Assembly: GCA_964255105.1 (NCBI GenBank)
Contig: CAXUWE010000007.1
Location: 1-36,778 of the forward strand
DNA length: 36,778 bases
DNA from: Porpidia crustulata
Taxonomy: Eukaryota
Direction of reading: 5' to 3'
Position numbers and translations under genes: made by a program. Below, piece after piece: positions 21,981 through 33,150 of the stretch. The notes beneath the pieces are model-generated. The model did not search any database. It saw only the letters and a list, made by a program, of their open reading frames with translations, and had not been told where the DNA came from. Numbering within the stretch: the first letter of the stretch is position 1; each line of letters starts with the position of its first letter.

Positions 21981-24016
21981 ATGAAAGCAACCGTCAAAAG
22001 CATCAATGGCTTGCTTCTTTCGCAGTAAGAAGAACAGACCCACATGGTGAGCTGCGATGCTAACGACCTTGCGACAGGTATGATTTACCCTTCCGTATCC
22101 ACGTATCTAGAGTCTATCCCCTCACCTCGCCAAATGGTTCAACCGTGGTTGTCTGTGGGACCGAGCGCGGTCTTCGCTTTCTTTGGAGAGGGGGCAAGCC
22201 GCGCAAGCAGTATCTTCGACTAGAGGACCAGCCAGTCAGAGCCAATGGCATGTCCAACGACGAGGTTATAGTACTTGACTCGGATGATGAGCAACAAGCG
22301 GTGGAACTAGCGAAGTCCTACTCAGACAATCCCGTCTTCGAGGACGAAGAACACGAGTATGAGGCCTCAAGCCCTGATGATCCAGTTATACAAGAATTGG
22401 ATCTTCCATTTGGTGCTGAAGTCCTGCATATATCGTTCCCAACCTTACCGTCAGAGCTGCACCGTGCTGAGCTCGAGTCTTTACCGAGATTGTTATCTAC
22501 AGATATCATCATCGGTGCATCATGCTCCGACTTAAGCTTAAGAATTATATCTGTGCCAATTACGCCACCATCGCCGCACAGTAAAGCAAGACCAGAGCTG
22601 AGAACTAGGATAGCTGTTCCTCATTCGGGAAGAGGGCCTTTTGGGGAACGGATGCTTGTTATTCCAAACGCTGCAGGTCATCAAAGTATACCGAAGGGTA
22701 TCTCTATCACCTTAACATCAAAAATGCTACAATCTGTCGAGGATGTCCTTATGACAGATGTTGACCAAGATGTTGCTCGTCGTTACCATGATCAGCCGAT
22801 ATCTGCTCCTGGGGGCTGCTCGTGGGAAATCCTTGTTGCCTTGCATTCTGATGACCTTTCTGGTCTCCTCCTGATCCATAGAATACCGATCAAAGATGAT
22901 ACGATCGGAAGCGTCCATGGGTTCCAAGAACTAAACTACCCATGGCAGATGCAAAATCTTACGTCACCAGCTATGTCTGTCAGCTTTAATCCGTCGCGAT
23001 TTCCAGCACCACGGCACTCACAATTGCTCGTTGTAGAGTCACGAAGAGCTATTCGTATCTTTGATTGCAAACCACAGTCTGATTCCGATCAGGGCTCATG
23101 GCTTTATTCAATTTATCCTAGCTTCCAGACCTCGACAGATTGTGTTCCAAAACGCAAGCAGATCCTGGATGCACAGTGGGTCTTGGGAGGTAAAGCTGTT
23201 GTTGCATTGCTTACGGATGGTGAATGGGGCGTTTGGGATCTCGAAAACGCAGGTCCAAAAGCCAAAGGCATCAGTGATTGTGCGCCGCCCGGAGGGTCAT
23301 CCCTGGCCTTCACAATCAGCGGTTGGATTGGCAGCTTTCCTGCATCAAAAAGTTTGTTCAAAACTACCGGCGGTCGAAAGGACGATCAAGCAAGACTTGC
23401 ACCCATGACGCCTGGAACCCGGAGAACGAGACAGCAGGCTCTCTTTTCAGGCTCTTCGACCGCTGTCATTCCTCAAGCATATGGGCCAAGTGGTGGTGGC
23501 CTTTCTGTTTCCGCCATTCACAGCCTTGCCAATAGGAAAGTGGATGATGACACCTTGCTAGTGTGGTATAGAGAAAGCATAACGGTCATACCCAGCCTTC
23601 TCACCTACTGGCAGAACAAAAGAAAAGAGTCTGGCAATCTCTTCGGCGCTGGCGTCAAGGGCTTAGCAGAAGACTACAACAACATTGATCTAGGTGGCGA
23701 AGTCAGAAACAACGTCTCAATTTTTCCTGTGCGCTATCGGAGAAATGAAACGGCAGACCGTGTGGATCCCTTGAAGATCCTTATCACTGGGGAACATCGG
23801 CTGGTCATCGTAGCTCCTCTATTGGAACCTCCAGTACCAGCAAGCGTTGTTCCACTTCAAACCCATTCTAGGCCCACCGACCAGCACCTACTGGTGAGGG
23901 GAGAACTTGATATGGATGGGATGGATAGGATATTATCTAACATGCCAAACGGAGCTGGGGGTAGTCATCGCAATGGCGTGACCCCACTGAGGGAAGTTGA
24001 TTCCTATCCATTATGA
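21981..24016 (+). CDS. NUP37: Nucleoporin Nup37 (Pezizomycotina type, WD40-like)
   Basis: Exons 21981-22024 and 22078-24016 (intron GTAAGA..GCTAAC..CAG). N-terminus YDLPFRIHVSRVYPLTSPNGSTVVVCGTERGLRFLWRGG; ILDAQWVLGGKAVVALLTDGEWGVWD; LAPMTPGTRR; C-terminal LLVRGELDMDGMDRIL. Confidence 0.8.
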
Positions 24017-24122
24017 TTGTACATCATCCATCTGCTTCGAAGTGGCCTTTCTGTCCCAAGCGTCTAGATACCCAAAAAAAAGTATTTCGAGATCATATGC
24101 TACATCTATTCGTCAGTCACGA

Positions 24123-24578
24123 ACGCGAATTCCTTCCCTCACTTCACGTTGTCTTCTCTCCCTTTACCTCACTCATCTCCTTCTTTCCCCGCCCTTCGCC
24201 CCTTTCCCCAGCGAACACGCGGGACCAAGGTGGAGCCATGGGAAGATCAATCCCTCCGGCCCAGTATATCCCGCGACACATCAAATATTGGCGCGTCTTT
24301 TCCGCGACGCATCCGTAACGACGTCTTCATGCGTATCGGGATGGTTGTAGCCGCATGAGCGGATGGAAAGGGCGTTCGCCCGCGCCTGCTTGCCGAAACC
24401 GACGTTCACTCGAGCGGATCTGCCGGAGCGAGGCCGTGCTTATTGCGCGCTCTTCGTAAGGATGGCGAGGCTCTATGCGGTGGGACCAGAAAATGCTACT
24501 TCAGGCGTCCCCAACCGGGTCTGTTCAGGTGCTACAAGCCCAGTCAGGTCATGTGTAACTTATTTATCGGATATATGA
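24123..24578 (+). pseudogene. Probable degenerate small secreted-protein gene (ACG in place of ATG, one in-frame TAG)
   Basis: One frame reads TRIPSLTSRCLLSLYLTHLLLSPPFAP...SSCVSGWL*PHERMERAFARACLPKP...YCALFVRMARLYAVG...SDI*. The ORFs 23997-24350 and 24363-24578 are in the same frame, separated only by TAG at 24348-24350. The DNA is GC-rich relative to its flanks. Confidence 0.3.
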
Positions 24579-24797
24579 TTCACCTAGCAGGCAAGATTTT
24601 CAAAGGCCCTGTTCCACCGGGTATCAAATCTGTTCCCTCGGCGAAGCTGTGCAAGAACCTCATGATTACAGGGACCATCGGTCTAGACAAGTGTGAGGAT
24701 TGTTGCATCGTACATTCAAGAAATGCCCGTAGTATTCATCACAGATCTTTGAGTCTAGTCACCCAAGACGATGGGCAGAGACCAACCAATCACCCTG

Positions 24798-27188
24798 CTA
24801 GTCCGTCCAACCAAGAGATTCCAGTTCTCTCCGCACTCCGTTCTCCGTATCCATTTTCTTGATCTGCGTTCCCTCCAGCTTCTCACCTCCTGCTCTTCTC
24901 ATCTTCAGGTCGTCGATGGCGCGCAATTTTTTCAATAGCGCCCGAATCTTCTTGTCCAGTGGGCTTCCTCCACTATCTGGGGACGTGACAGTGAGATCCG
25001 GAGGTGTGGCTGCGGCGTCCCTACCATTGACAGGAGTAATCGAAATGCTTTGGTGCCGTGGTCTCGGCTGACGCTGCTCTCGTTGGCCTTGTTCACGATG
25101 CCTTTGCTGTGACCTTGGGCGGCTTTCCAAATTACTCTTTGATCTATTTCTGTCATGCGATCCTCTTTCTCTTGGTTCAGGATTCTTGCCGAGACTCGAG
25201 GTAATTGTAGGGGCAGCTCCATCGGTAGAAGGGACAAGTCCTGCGACTTTATCGGCAGACTCTTTAGCCTTCTTCGCTTCGCGCTTTTTCTTGTTCTTCA
25301 ATGCCGCTTTAGACAGATTCTCATCGCCTTCACCGGCAGCGGGCGGAGGCACGCCGCCACCGTTCTCAAGTACAGCTTCCGCACCAGGAACCTCTCGTTT
25401 CCGAGGCTTGCCGAACCCATTCAACCCATTCAGCGACATACTACCGTTACTTACGTAGGCCGCACCTCCTTCGTCCTCTCGCTTGAAAGCCAATGGAGTG
25501 ACCTGACCGCGAGCACCGGGTGGCCGATATGCCCCAGCGGGTTTCGAGGGGGTTTTGACGGTGCCCAGATATGCCAAAGCAGACGAATGGGGAGTAGGCG
25601 TGGGTTGCAGCGAATCTCCCAAAGGGTATTTAGTCGCTAGTTGTGGCCTCCATGTGACGTGGTAGAGTTCTTGCAGTTCTTGGTTATACATCAATACTCC
25701 TCCAACATGCCAAATTTTCACTCCGTTATCTACCCGCAGCCGAGGACTTGTGGTTGCTGTCAGTATGTGCTTCCCGTCCGGGCTCCACTCACAAAGGCTG
25801 GCATTACTGGCTTCAATTGTGCATATTTTTTGATAGTCTTTTTCAAGGTCGTAAATGTCCATTTGGCCCGCCAAGTTACCAAAACCTGCTATCAGCATAA
25901 ATCGGCCATGCGGGGAGAACATAATCGTGTTCCGAGGTCCAAGAGCAAAACTATGCGTAGGGATAGCGCGGGTATTGAACAGAGTCGTCTTGGCCGGCAT
26001 GTAGCCGTAGACAACACCAAACTCTTTCGAATTGGGAGACCAGGTTACGTCGTGAATAGGACCCTCCTTATCTGAAGATATGTAAGCGTACTTCCCAAGA
26101 GTCTGTGCTTATTGTCTGCTGGCTTACCCAAGTCAATTCTTGAGTCGAAACCCCCGTTAGCGCTAAGGAGATATAGAGTTGTTTCCCCGTAGTAGCTCTT
26201 TCCAGATTTATCCACCTCTGTCTGTGCTAGTACGATGAGGCAGGTACCCTCGGAATTCCACTTCAACTGAACCTTGTCGCCCTTATAAAAATTCTTCTGC
26301 GAGACTGCGACGTCGAAGTTTGGCACGTTGAAAACCTTGACAGCAGCAGGCAAACCCTTGATACAATTTTAGCTCCGGTCTCGATACAGTAGTAGCGAAA
26401 GAGATTACTTTACGCTCTGGAACGAAGACAGCCACTGAATGGTGTTTCCCAGGCGATACCGCAAAGTCTGCTACACCCTCAACCCGTAATTTATTCCAAA
26501 CGGTTCCAAGAATATGGTGTTGGTAGAACTGAATCTCGTTCGTGACTATCCTTGCGCAGTATTTTTCATCAAAAGTGTACTGAAGATTCCACCCCGTTTG
26601 CGATTTTTGGACAAAACGTCCCACAGGATTCTGCTCGTCGTTACTCGCTTCAGGCCCATCTTTCTGGCTAAAAACCCTCCAGACCTTCAAGTTCTTCACT
26701 GCGTCACCATTCTCGTCCTTTGACGATCGTTGCCATGTGATAATGAATGTGCCAAGAGGAGAAAAGCCCAATTCGAAGACATTCTGAGCAGGCAAGTAGG
26801 TTACAGGGGATCCCACCGAGGCGTCGATAATAGTGACGCTACAATGATCAGCAGATATTTCACCGAGGCCCGGATGTACTCCTTACCCTTCAGGTGACGC
26901 CCAAGCAAAGTAGCGCCCACAAGGCGAATAGACGCAGCATCTCAAATTTCCTTCGGGCCTTCAAATAACTTAGTACATACTATTTCAGGTACGGTTTTCT
27001 CCTTGGAACGGATTACTAACTTGTCAAAGCCGGCTGGAGACTCATATACTGGAGCAGCATCAACAACACCAATCTGTTTCGAGGTTCGATCTTGAGTGCA
27101 GTAACTAAGTCAGTCGTTTTTCGGCTCTTTGGAAAATCGTTAAGTGGTCGCTCCTATACTCACATGCGAATTGCGTAGGAGCAGCCAT
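24798..27188 (-). CDS. EIF2A: Eukaryotic translation initiation factor 2A (eIF2A, beta-propeller)
   Basis: Exons 27188-27164, 27090-27021, 26958-26887, 26838-26409, 26356-26128, 26071-24798, all with canonical introns. Motifs FSPLGTFIITWQR, KSYYGETTLYLL, EGPIHDVTWSP, AGFGNLAGQMD, ATTSPRLRVDNG, GAYRPPGARG, and C-terminal KKIRALLKKLRAIDDLK...LEGTQIKK. Confidence 0.97.
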
Positions 27189-27805
27189 GACTAGTAAAAG
27201 CCACAGGGTTCACACCGCAATGAATTGGTTCGAGTAAAAGGCAGTGCTTCTAGAGTGCCTTACCAATTCCTGAAGTCCGACGATACCTCGATTGCTATCG
27301 CACAAAGCTTGGGGGATGGTTGCGAGATTACTTGATGCAAATAGGCTACTCGTCAAGGAAAACAAGCAGGATCCGCAGTCCTTTCAGAATTGACGGAAAG
27401 GAGAGGGAACGAAGGGCGCAGAACAAAGGAAGAATCTCGATGGGTGTTCTGACGCTGCGGAACAACGGTTTTTAATTTCAGTTTACTCTCTATCGTTAAG
27501 CGAGAGAGCCGTTCGCGCTACTTGCGGAGTACGAGTACCTAGGCACGCACGCACGCTAGGGTAAGCGTGGGAAGGTATCTTTGGAGCTCCATGCACAATG
27601 ACGCCATAGGTACCCGATTTTGTACCCCATTGAATTGAATTATCCCTGAATCTTCAAAAGATCGTATGAGTGATTGCATCTAGAGTGCATAAGTGCTACG
27701 TGGGAATGGTATCAATATCAGACAAACGGTATCGGCCGACTATTGAGCTGAGCACAAGTCAGCGCTAAGAACCCAGCTGAAGCTCCATCGTCCTAAATAC
27801 CAATA

Positions 27806-28792
27806 TCATTTCTCTTCAGAACGGGAGCTCCCTAGCGAGTGGATCCCACCGTGCAGACTGCTCAGTGACTTGTGAGACTCATTACCCAGTTTTGCCCTTA
27901 TGAAATCTTCTGCACGCTGTTGTGTTGTCACATCCGCATCTCTCGCCCGATGGCGTTCACTCCGGCTCGCGTCAAGATCATCTCCTCCGTAGGATAGTCC
28001 ACCAGGAGTCTGAGGATCATCTTCCTCCACTCCTTGCATCGGGCTCCCTGAATCTTGGTGATTTTGTTTCGTGGGCGCCGGGCTGCCTAGTCCAGCTGCA
28101 ATTTTGGAGCCTCTGGGAATACGGCCTGAGCTCGAAATAGGACCGCTGATTGTACTACTCGCACCCTCTCCGAACCCTACTAGGCTCGCGTTTCCCTCGT
28201 CGCTAAGCCCACCACTACTCACTCCATCGTCCTGGTCTTCACTCATCTTGTCTGCATCGTACAAATCGCTGCCACTAGCCCACGTGGTTCCCCCTCCTAA
28301 GCTTCCAGTCGCAGAGGCACTACCTACCGTGCTCCTCTCCTTAGCCAAGTGGTTCGCAGCGTTGTCGAAGTAACCGGCATGCTGCTGCTGCTGCTGCTGC
28401 TGATTTACCTGCGCGCTTGGCGCTAGATATGCATGTGCGCCACGAACGGTAGACACTCGCTCGAGCCCAGCGAGACGAGAAATGCGGTCCGCACGCTCAG
28501 CATCCAAAGTATTGGTCGACGACGACGTTGAGGCAGATGATGTATTGTGATTGTGTGTATGTGGTGGGGCGTGCCCTTGGTGGCCATCTTTAATAGCAGT
28601 GGTGGAGAGAGCTGAGAGGGAAGTCGTGCCCGAATTAGGTGTACCCCTTTGATTGTCAGTCTATGTGCTCAAAAACACATGCACAGTAGAGCATCATGCT
28701 GGAGGAAGGCAGGGGACTAACGGTCCGAAATCTGCAGGCGTCACTGGGTCGGGAGGAGGAGGAGGAAGATTGATCAAGGTCGGTGTCGACAT
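27806..28792 (-). CDS. rfeF: Conserved low-complexity Pezizomycotina protein, RfeF-like putative regulator
   Basis: Exons 28792-28722 and 28646-27806 (intron GTTAGT..CTGAC..AAG). MSTPTLINLPPPPPDPVTPADFGPGTPNSGTTSLSALSTTAIKDGH...AERADRISRLAGLERV...ERSTVGSASATGS...LVGFGEGA. Possible 5' UTR intron at 28877-28798. The gene model is solid; the name is from recall of the family. Confidence 0.7.
28380..28402 (-). repeat. (CAG)n microsatellite encoding a polyQ tract (Q7) in the RfeF-like gene
   Basis: Plus strand tgctgctgctgctgctgctgctg; translated on the minus strand as NQQQQQQQH. Confidence 0.9.
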
Positions 28793-29823
28793 AATTGCTA
28801 CAGTCGATAAGACAGTTGAGAGATGGTTCTTAAGCAACAGACAAAAGGCAAATATGATGGATAATTGTACTGCGTACAAGATTGAAGTAGTCGGGCGTTG
28901 GACGAAGTCACCTGCAAGAGGAAATCCGAAGGCTTTGTGAGAGCGGAATTTGTTTCGTAACGCAACAAAGGACTTGCTACTATTAGTGAAATGATGGCAT
29001 GTGGACTAAAATTCACGGCCCATTCAAAAGTGGTCGTAAGAAATCACATCACGCTGCTGTGACCGTGGGCTGGAGATTAGGTAGAATTCTTGTGATGCTT
29101 CGTTCAGGATCAACAGTCATAAGAGTGAGTCGATGTTTGCGCAAGTTGAATGTGGTATCGACAGCCTCTCGCCGACGCGCTTGCAAATAGGGTGGATGAG
29201 TCAGACAGGGCGTCAATGAGTGCAAAGAAATCGTTGAGGAATTCTTCATCACATAGCGACGCAAAACATCTGTTGTGGATAGCGAAATATCTGCCACTGC
29301 CTGGAAGTATGATGCTATGACGCAATGCTCCCTTGGCTGCAAACCCCTTAACGTCCTACCTGACATTATGATGTGTAAAACCCATCTCGAAGACACGAAT
29401 CTCTTCCATCATGTTTACTCTATTCGATGTATTGGGATGCGATTCGGATACGGAGACTGTAGCTAAGCATGACCTTCTGAGATATCGCAGTTGCAAATGC
29501 AACAGCTTCTACCTCGAAGTAAGATACATCTACTTTCTCAGACTAGGTACTAGACAGTAATTACACAATTGACCCATTGATGATGATATACCGAAATATT
29601 ATTGAGCTAGGATGCTGTTACTACGTGTACAGGCTAAAGAGCTGTTGGTTAATGAGGCCATGAACCAGTAGATGTCTTACAAGTCTCAAATCCAACAACA
29701 ATACTCGCCCCACTCCTTGCCAAATGGGTATCGTACATACTGTGCCCGACTGTACGTACAATTGCTTTCGTCCTTTAAATGAATTCCTTTAATTGAACCG
29801 CCTCACGGGATTTGCCCAGCAGC

Positions 29824-32293
29824 TTATCGATTTTGTAGCTCCGAGTAAGCACGCTGCTCCTCATCGATTAGGTCGATGGCGTCGCTGACATTCCCTTCAG
29901 CTGCTTGGGCGTACACTGCAAGCCGTTGATCGATTTGACTACTGCTCCCACCGAACCCGAGGTCTTGGAGCTTCTCGACGCAGGCCTGAACCTGTGCCAC
30001 TGTAGCAGGATCGCTGTGTTCGCTGGTGAAAACCTCATGTGATGCCATACCTGCGACAGGGCCAGCAGGAACGATGGACCCAGCTTTAAGTTGAACTTCC
30101 TTGATCATATCAATAGCATTACTCAAGCTCCCTTCGGTAGCCTCGGCGTAGAACACTTGAGGATTATCGCCGCCGCCACTGTCGCCACTGTCGAGGTTCC
30201 TGAGCTTCTGTACAGAGATTCGGACTTTCTCGGGTATCGTAAGATCCTCTTTACCAGTGAACACCTCCCCTGAGGCCACGGCTGTAATACCCACAATACT
30301 CGGAGCGTGATTCCCAACAATTTTACTGGTGCCTGGTGTGTGGAATTGTTGCTTGATTCTAGTTGACTCTTGACGACCCACTCTGATATTGGACTCATTC
30401 CAGTTTTGTAGAAGAGGGTTTCCCACGGAAAGTGTATCATTTCCACTGCATTTTTTGTGATAGGGCCTGGGGTAACTGGCAAGATAAGGCATTCCCGAGG
30501 AGAGTGAAGTATCAGGACCTTTGAAGCCTTTCCATTCGTGAAGCTCTTGAGTCCTACCATCATAATGATTATGAGAACGCTTTTGTAATGTCTCAAAGGG
30601 ACAATTCTTGTCATAATTCGTGTCCTCTCCAGTCATACGCTTGTGGAACTCTCCCGATGATTCCTTTGTTGGGACAGAGGAATTCTTGGGAAGCTGGAGA
30701 GAGCTCTTGGAAATCTTATCTCCTGTAGCCGTATTGGAACGAAGTGGCTTGTTGTATGTCTTGTACGATGGCGGACCTGGAGCCTGGTTGGGCGAGCACA
30801 GCGGAAGTAGGGGCTCCACGCTTGACAGAAACCGACAGTCAGACATACCAGCAAAGCTTCTGTCCATAAATTGCTCTAAAGTTGGAAAGCGAGTAGCCCT
30901 TGAACTTGAGTAAGAGCCGTTATCCAAATTTGCGAGGGATTGAGATCTTTGGTTAGCCGCGGTTTCTGTTGAGACAGGAATGGTCTGCTGAGGAAACCTG
31001 TCACGCGCTTCGTTTGGAGATTGTGCTAAAGTATAGAGTTCTTTAATGTAGTCCGGAGGTTGCACCCGGGAGGTCATGCGGCGTTTCGTGTCAAAGTGTG
31101 GTGATGGGAGCGATGGTAGATTAGAATTTCCTGGATATTGTTTAAAAGGCCCAGAAGTACTGGGCAAGCTAAGCATGAGCCCACTACTAGTAGCATCCTG
31201 GTCGAAGTGCGCATTTACCCCAAAACTATCAATTGATGCTGGAGAGCGAGAGGTCGCGATTGGAGAAGTATTCGGTATCCCGCTATCTTCATGGGCTTTG
31301 CTTCTCGCTTTCCAATTGCTAGAACCAAGCAGCTCGGACATCGGCTGCTGTTGTAGGAAAGTCGAACCAGACGGGAAAGAGGGATCCGAAGTTCCATCCA
31401 AGTTGGCACCTTTACTCGAACGACCCGCTAGCTCGGTCTCAAAAACCTGCAATAATGAAGGCTGCTCGCCAGAAGTGTTTGATGTAGCCGATGATTCTGT
31501 GTTTGTGATATACTCGGAAGATTTCATATTCAATGTGCGCTGTTCATCGTTGCACGGAGCTTGCTCATCAGACGGATATTGTTCTGGGCGTCCCCAGTGT
31601 TTCACGTCTTTCGAAAATCTCACGGAACGAATGTGCGGCAATTCATGATGATAGAGGCACGGTATCTGCTTATTAAAATGAGCCTTTGCTATGGGAACTT
31701 CATTCTTGACGCTTTTGGTCGGCCCCATGGTCCGTCCCGTTATGAATGCCAGCATTGACTCTTGCAACGAGTGATTTGCCATTTTGTCTGTCTCCATTGG
31801 TCCTCCAGTATTTGAGTCGTCTCCTAGGGCCATATGTCTGTTTCTCTGCTCTATGTCCAGCCAAATTTGTAGGGAGCTTCCGTGATAGTCAATGTCAAAA
31901 ACGTGGGGGACAAATGTAGCAACAAAATGCTCAGATCTAGTGGGCCAATTGCGTTCGAGTATAGATGCGTCATGCTGATTCTGCTTACAAGGAAAAACCG
32001 GATCTTGAAGGCGTAGCTGAAGCTCCAATGATGAGCCAACCTGCGAGAGCAAATAAGCGCGGCAAGACTATTGTATGGCGCCACGGAGAATTTACAGTAA
32101 TGAGTTCACCATCATCCTCATCAATGTACTTCAGACTCGCTTTCGGATGGCCCAACAGGGTGTTGTCGTATTCAGGCCCACTAATGCAAACGAATCCATC
32201 GAAAATGGACGTAGAGGAATCATTCTTTGAAGGACGGTCGCTTCCTGGGTCACGGGGACGCCGCAAGTCGCGGATTCGGAATGGAGGCAACAT
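29824..32293 (-). CDS. Uncharacterised protein with N-terminal PB1-like acidic (OPCA) motif and C-terminal duplicated UBA-like domain (p62/NBR1-like architecture), about 800 aa
   Basis: Exons 32293-32096 and 32040-29824 (intron GTAAAT..CAG). The junction reads LKYIDEDDGELIT|VGSSLELQLRL, matching the PB1 OPCA pattern YxDEDGDxITxxSxxEL. C-terminus CVEKLQDLGFG...RLAVYAQAAEGNVSDAIDLIDEE matches UBA 'LxxLGF...A.GxVxxAIxxL'. Confidence 0.8.
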
Positions 32294-32594
32294 CTAAGGT
32301 AAATTCGACGGCTTTTGGGTTGCTTAGCGGAAAGATTTGCGATTGACGGAAGGCTGTAGAGGTGATTCTGCGGCTACGTATCAAAGAGTAGTCTGCGATT
32401 AGGTGTTGGGAGTATATTAAGCTGCTGTGTCTGGACTCATAGCACTTGCTGCACAAAGGCACAGACATTAACGATGTAAAAGTGACGCGAGGTCGAAGTG
32501 GGCCATTAAGAAGCTTCATAGTGGGGTGGGGAGCAAGTTCGGCCTTGCAACGGCCACTAGTTTAGCTCGAGGTTATTGGATACGGCTCAAACTT

Positions 32595-32609
32595 CTAACC
32601 CTAACCCTA
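32595..32609. repeat. Short interstitial telomere-like repeat CTAACCCTAACCCTA, about 300 bp upstream of the PB1-UBA gene
   Basis: About 2.5 copies of CCCTAA seen directly in the sequence; a promoter role is inferred. Confidence 0.5.
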
Positions 32610-33150
32610 CGCCAGCTGATCATTTGAGGGGTTTATACGTGTATCTTTACCTAGTTGATAAGCACATAAGACCTAACATGAGTCAATCCTTAAAGAGGTC
32701 TTTGAGTACCTTGAGGTGCCTATTTGTACGCACTACTAGTTTCAACCTGCTGAAAGTTCCAACAGCGGCTATGGATAAACCTGTGACACAGAGCTAGCAG
32801 TGAAAACCACCACCATCTTAAGCATCCTATTCTCGAGGATGTGCGGCCACTACCTATGAGCGAGATGTGCCCTGACACTAGCGAAATCCTCTCTTTCATC
32901 ACCAGCAATTAATGTGCTACTTGTCTAGCTAGATGTGTCAGATATCTCTACTATTAAGAAGATTCGCTTATTAGTCACGGCGACGGTGTCACGGAACGCA
33001 AATGTCCTTTGCGTCCCAGCAGTAAAGCTACTCATACCGCTTTACGAATTACTATTATTTAAAAATATTGTTGATAATGTGACTAACAAACCCTATGCTG
33101 AAGATACGAAAACGATAGAGTTGTCAATGCCTGATTATCAGCAAGTGATA

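Noticed and set aside
24210..24540. GC-rich stretch as SRP, RNase P or MRP RNA
   Set aside because: No conserved SRP helix-8 or RNase P/MRP CR-I/CR-V motifs recognised and no flanking Pol III terminator.
29000..29800. Short ORFs and TGATGA-like motifs between the RfeF-like and PB1-UBA genes
   Set aside because: No coherent spliced model, no paired C/D boxes with an rRNA guide; likely promoter and 3' UTR sequence.
31076..31648. 190-aa plus-strand ORF
   Set aside because: Antisense to the Ser/Pro-rich part of the PB1-UBA gene; no independent coding evidence.
32595..32609. CTAACCCTAACCCTA as a telomerase RNA template
   Set aside because: The intergenic space is only ~850 bp, whereas filamentous-ascomycete TERs are around 2 kb, and I could not see a pseudoknot or CR4/5. 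A promoter motif is more parsimonious. The same applies to 175-185.
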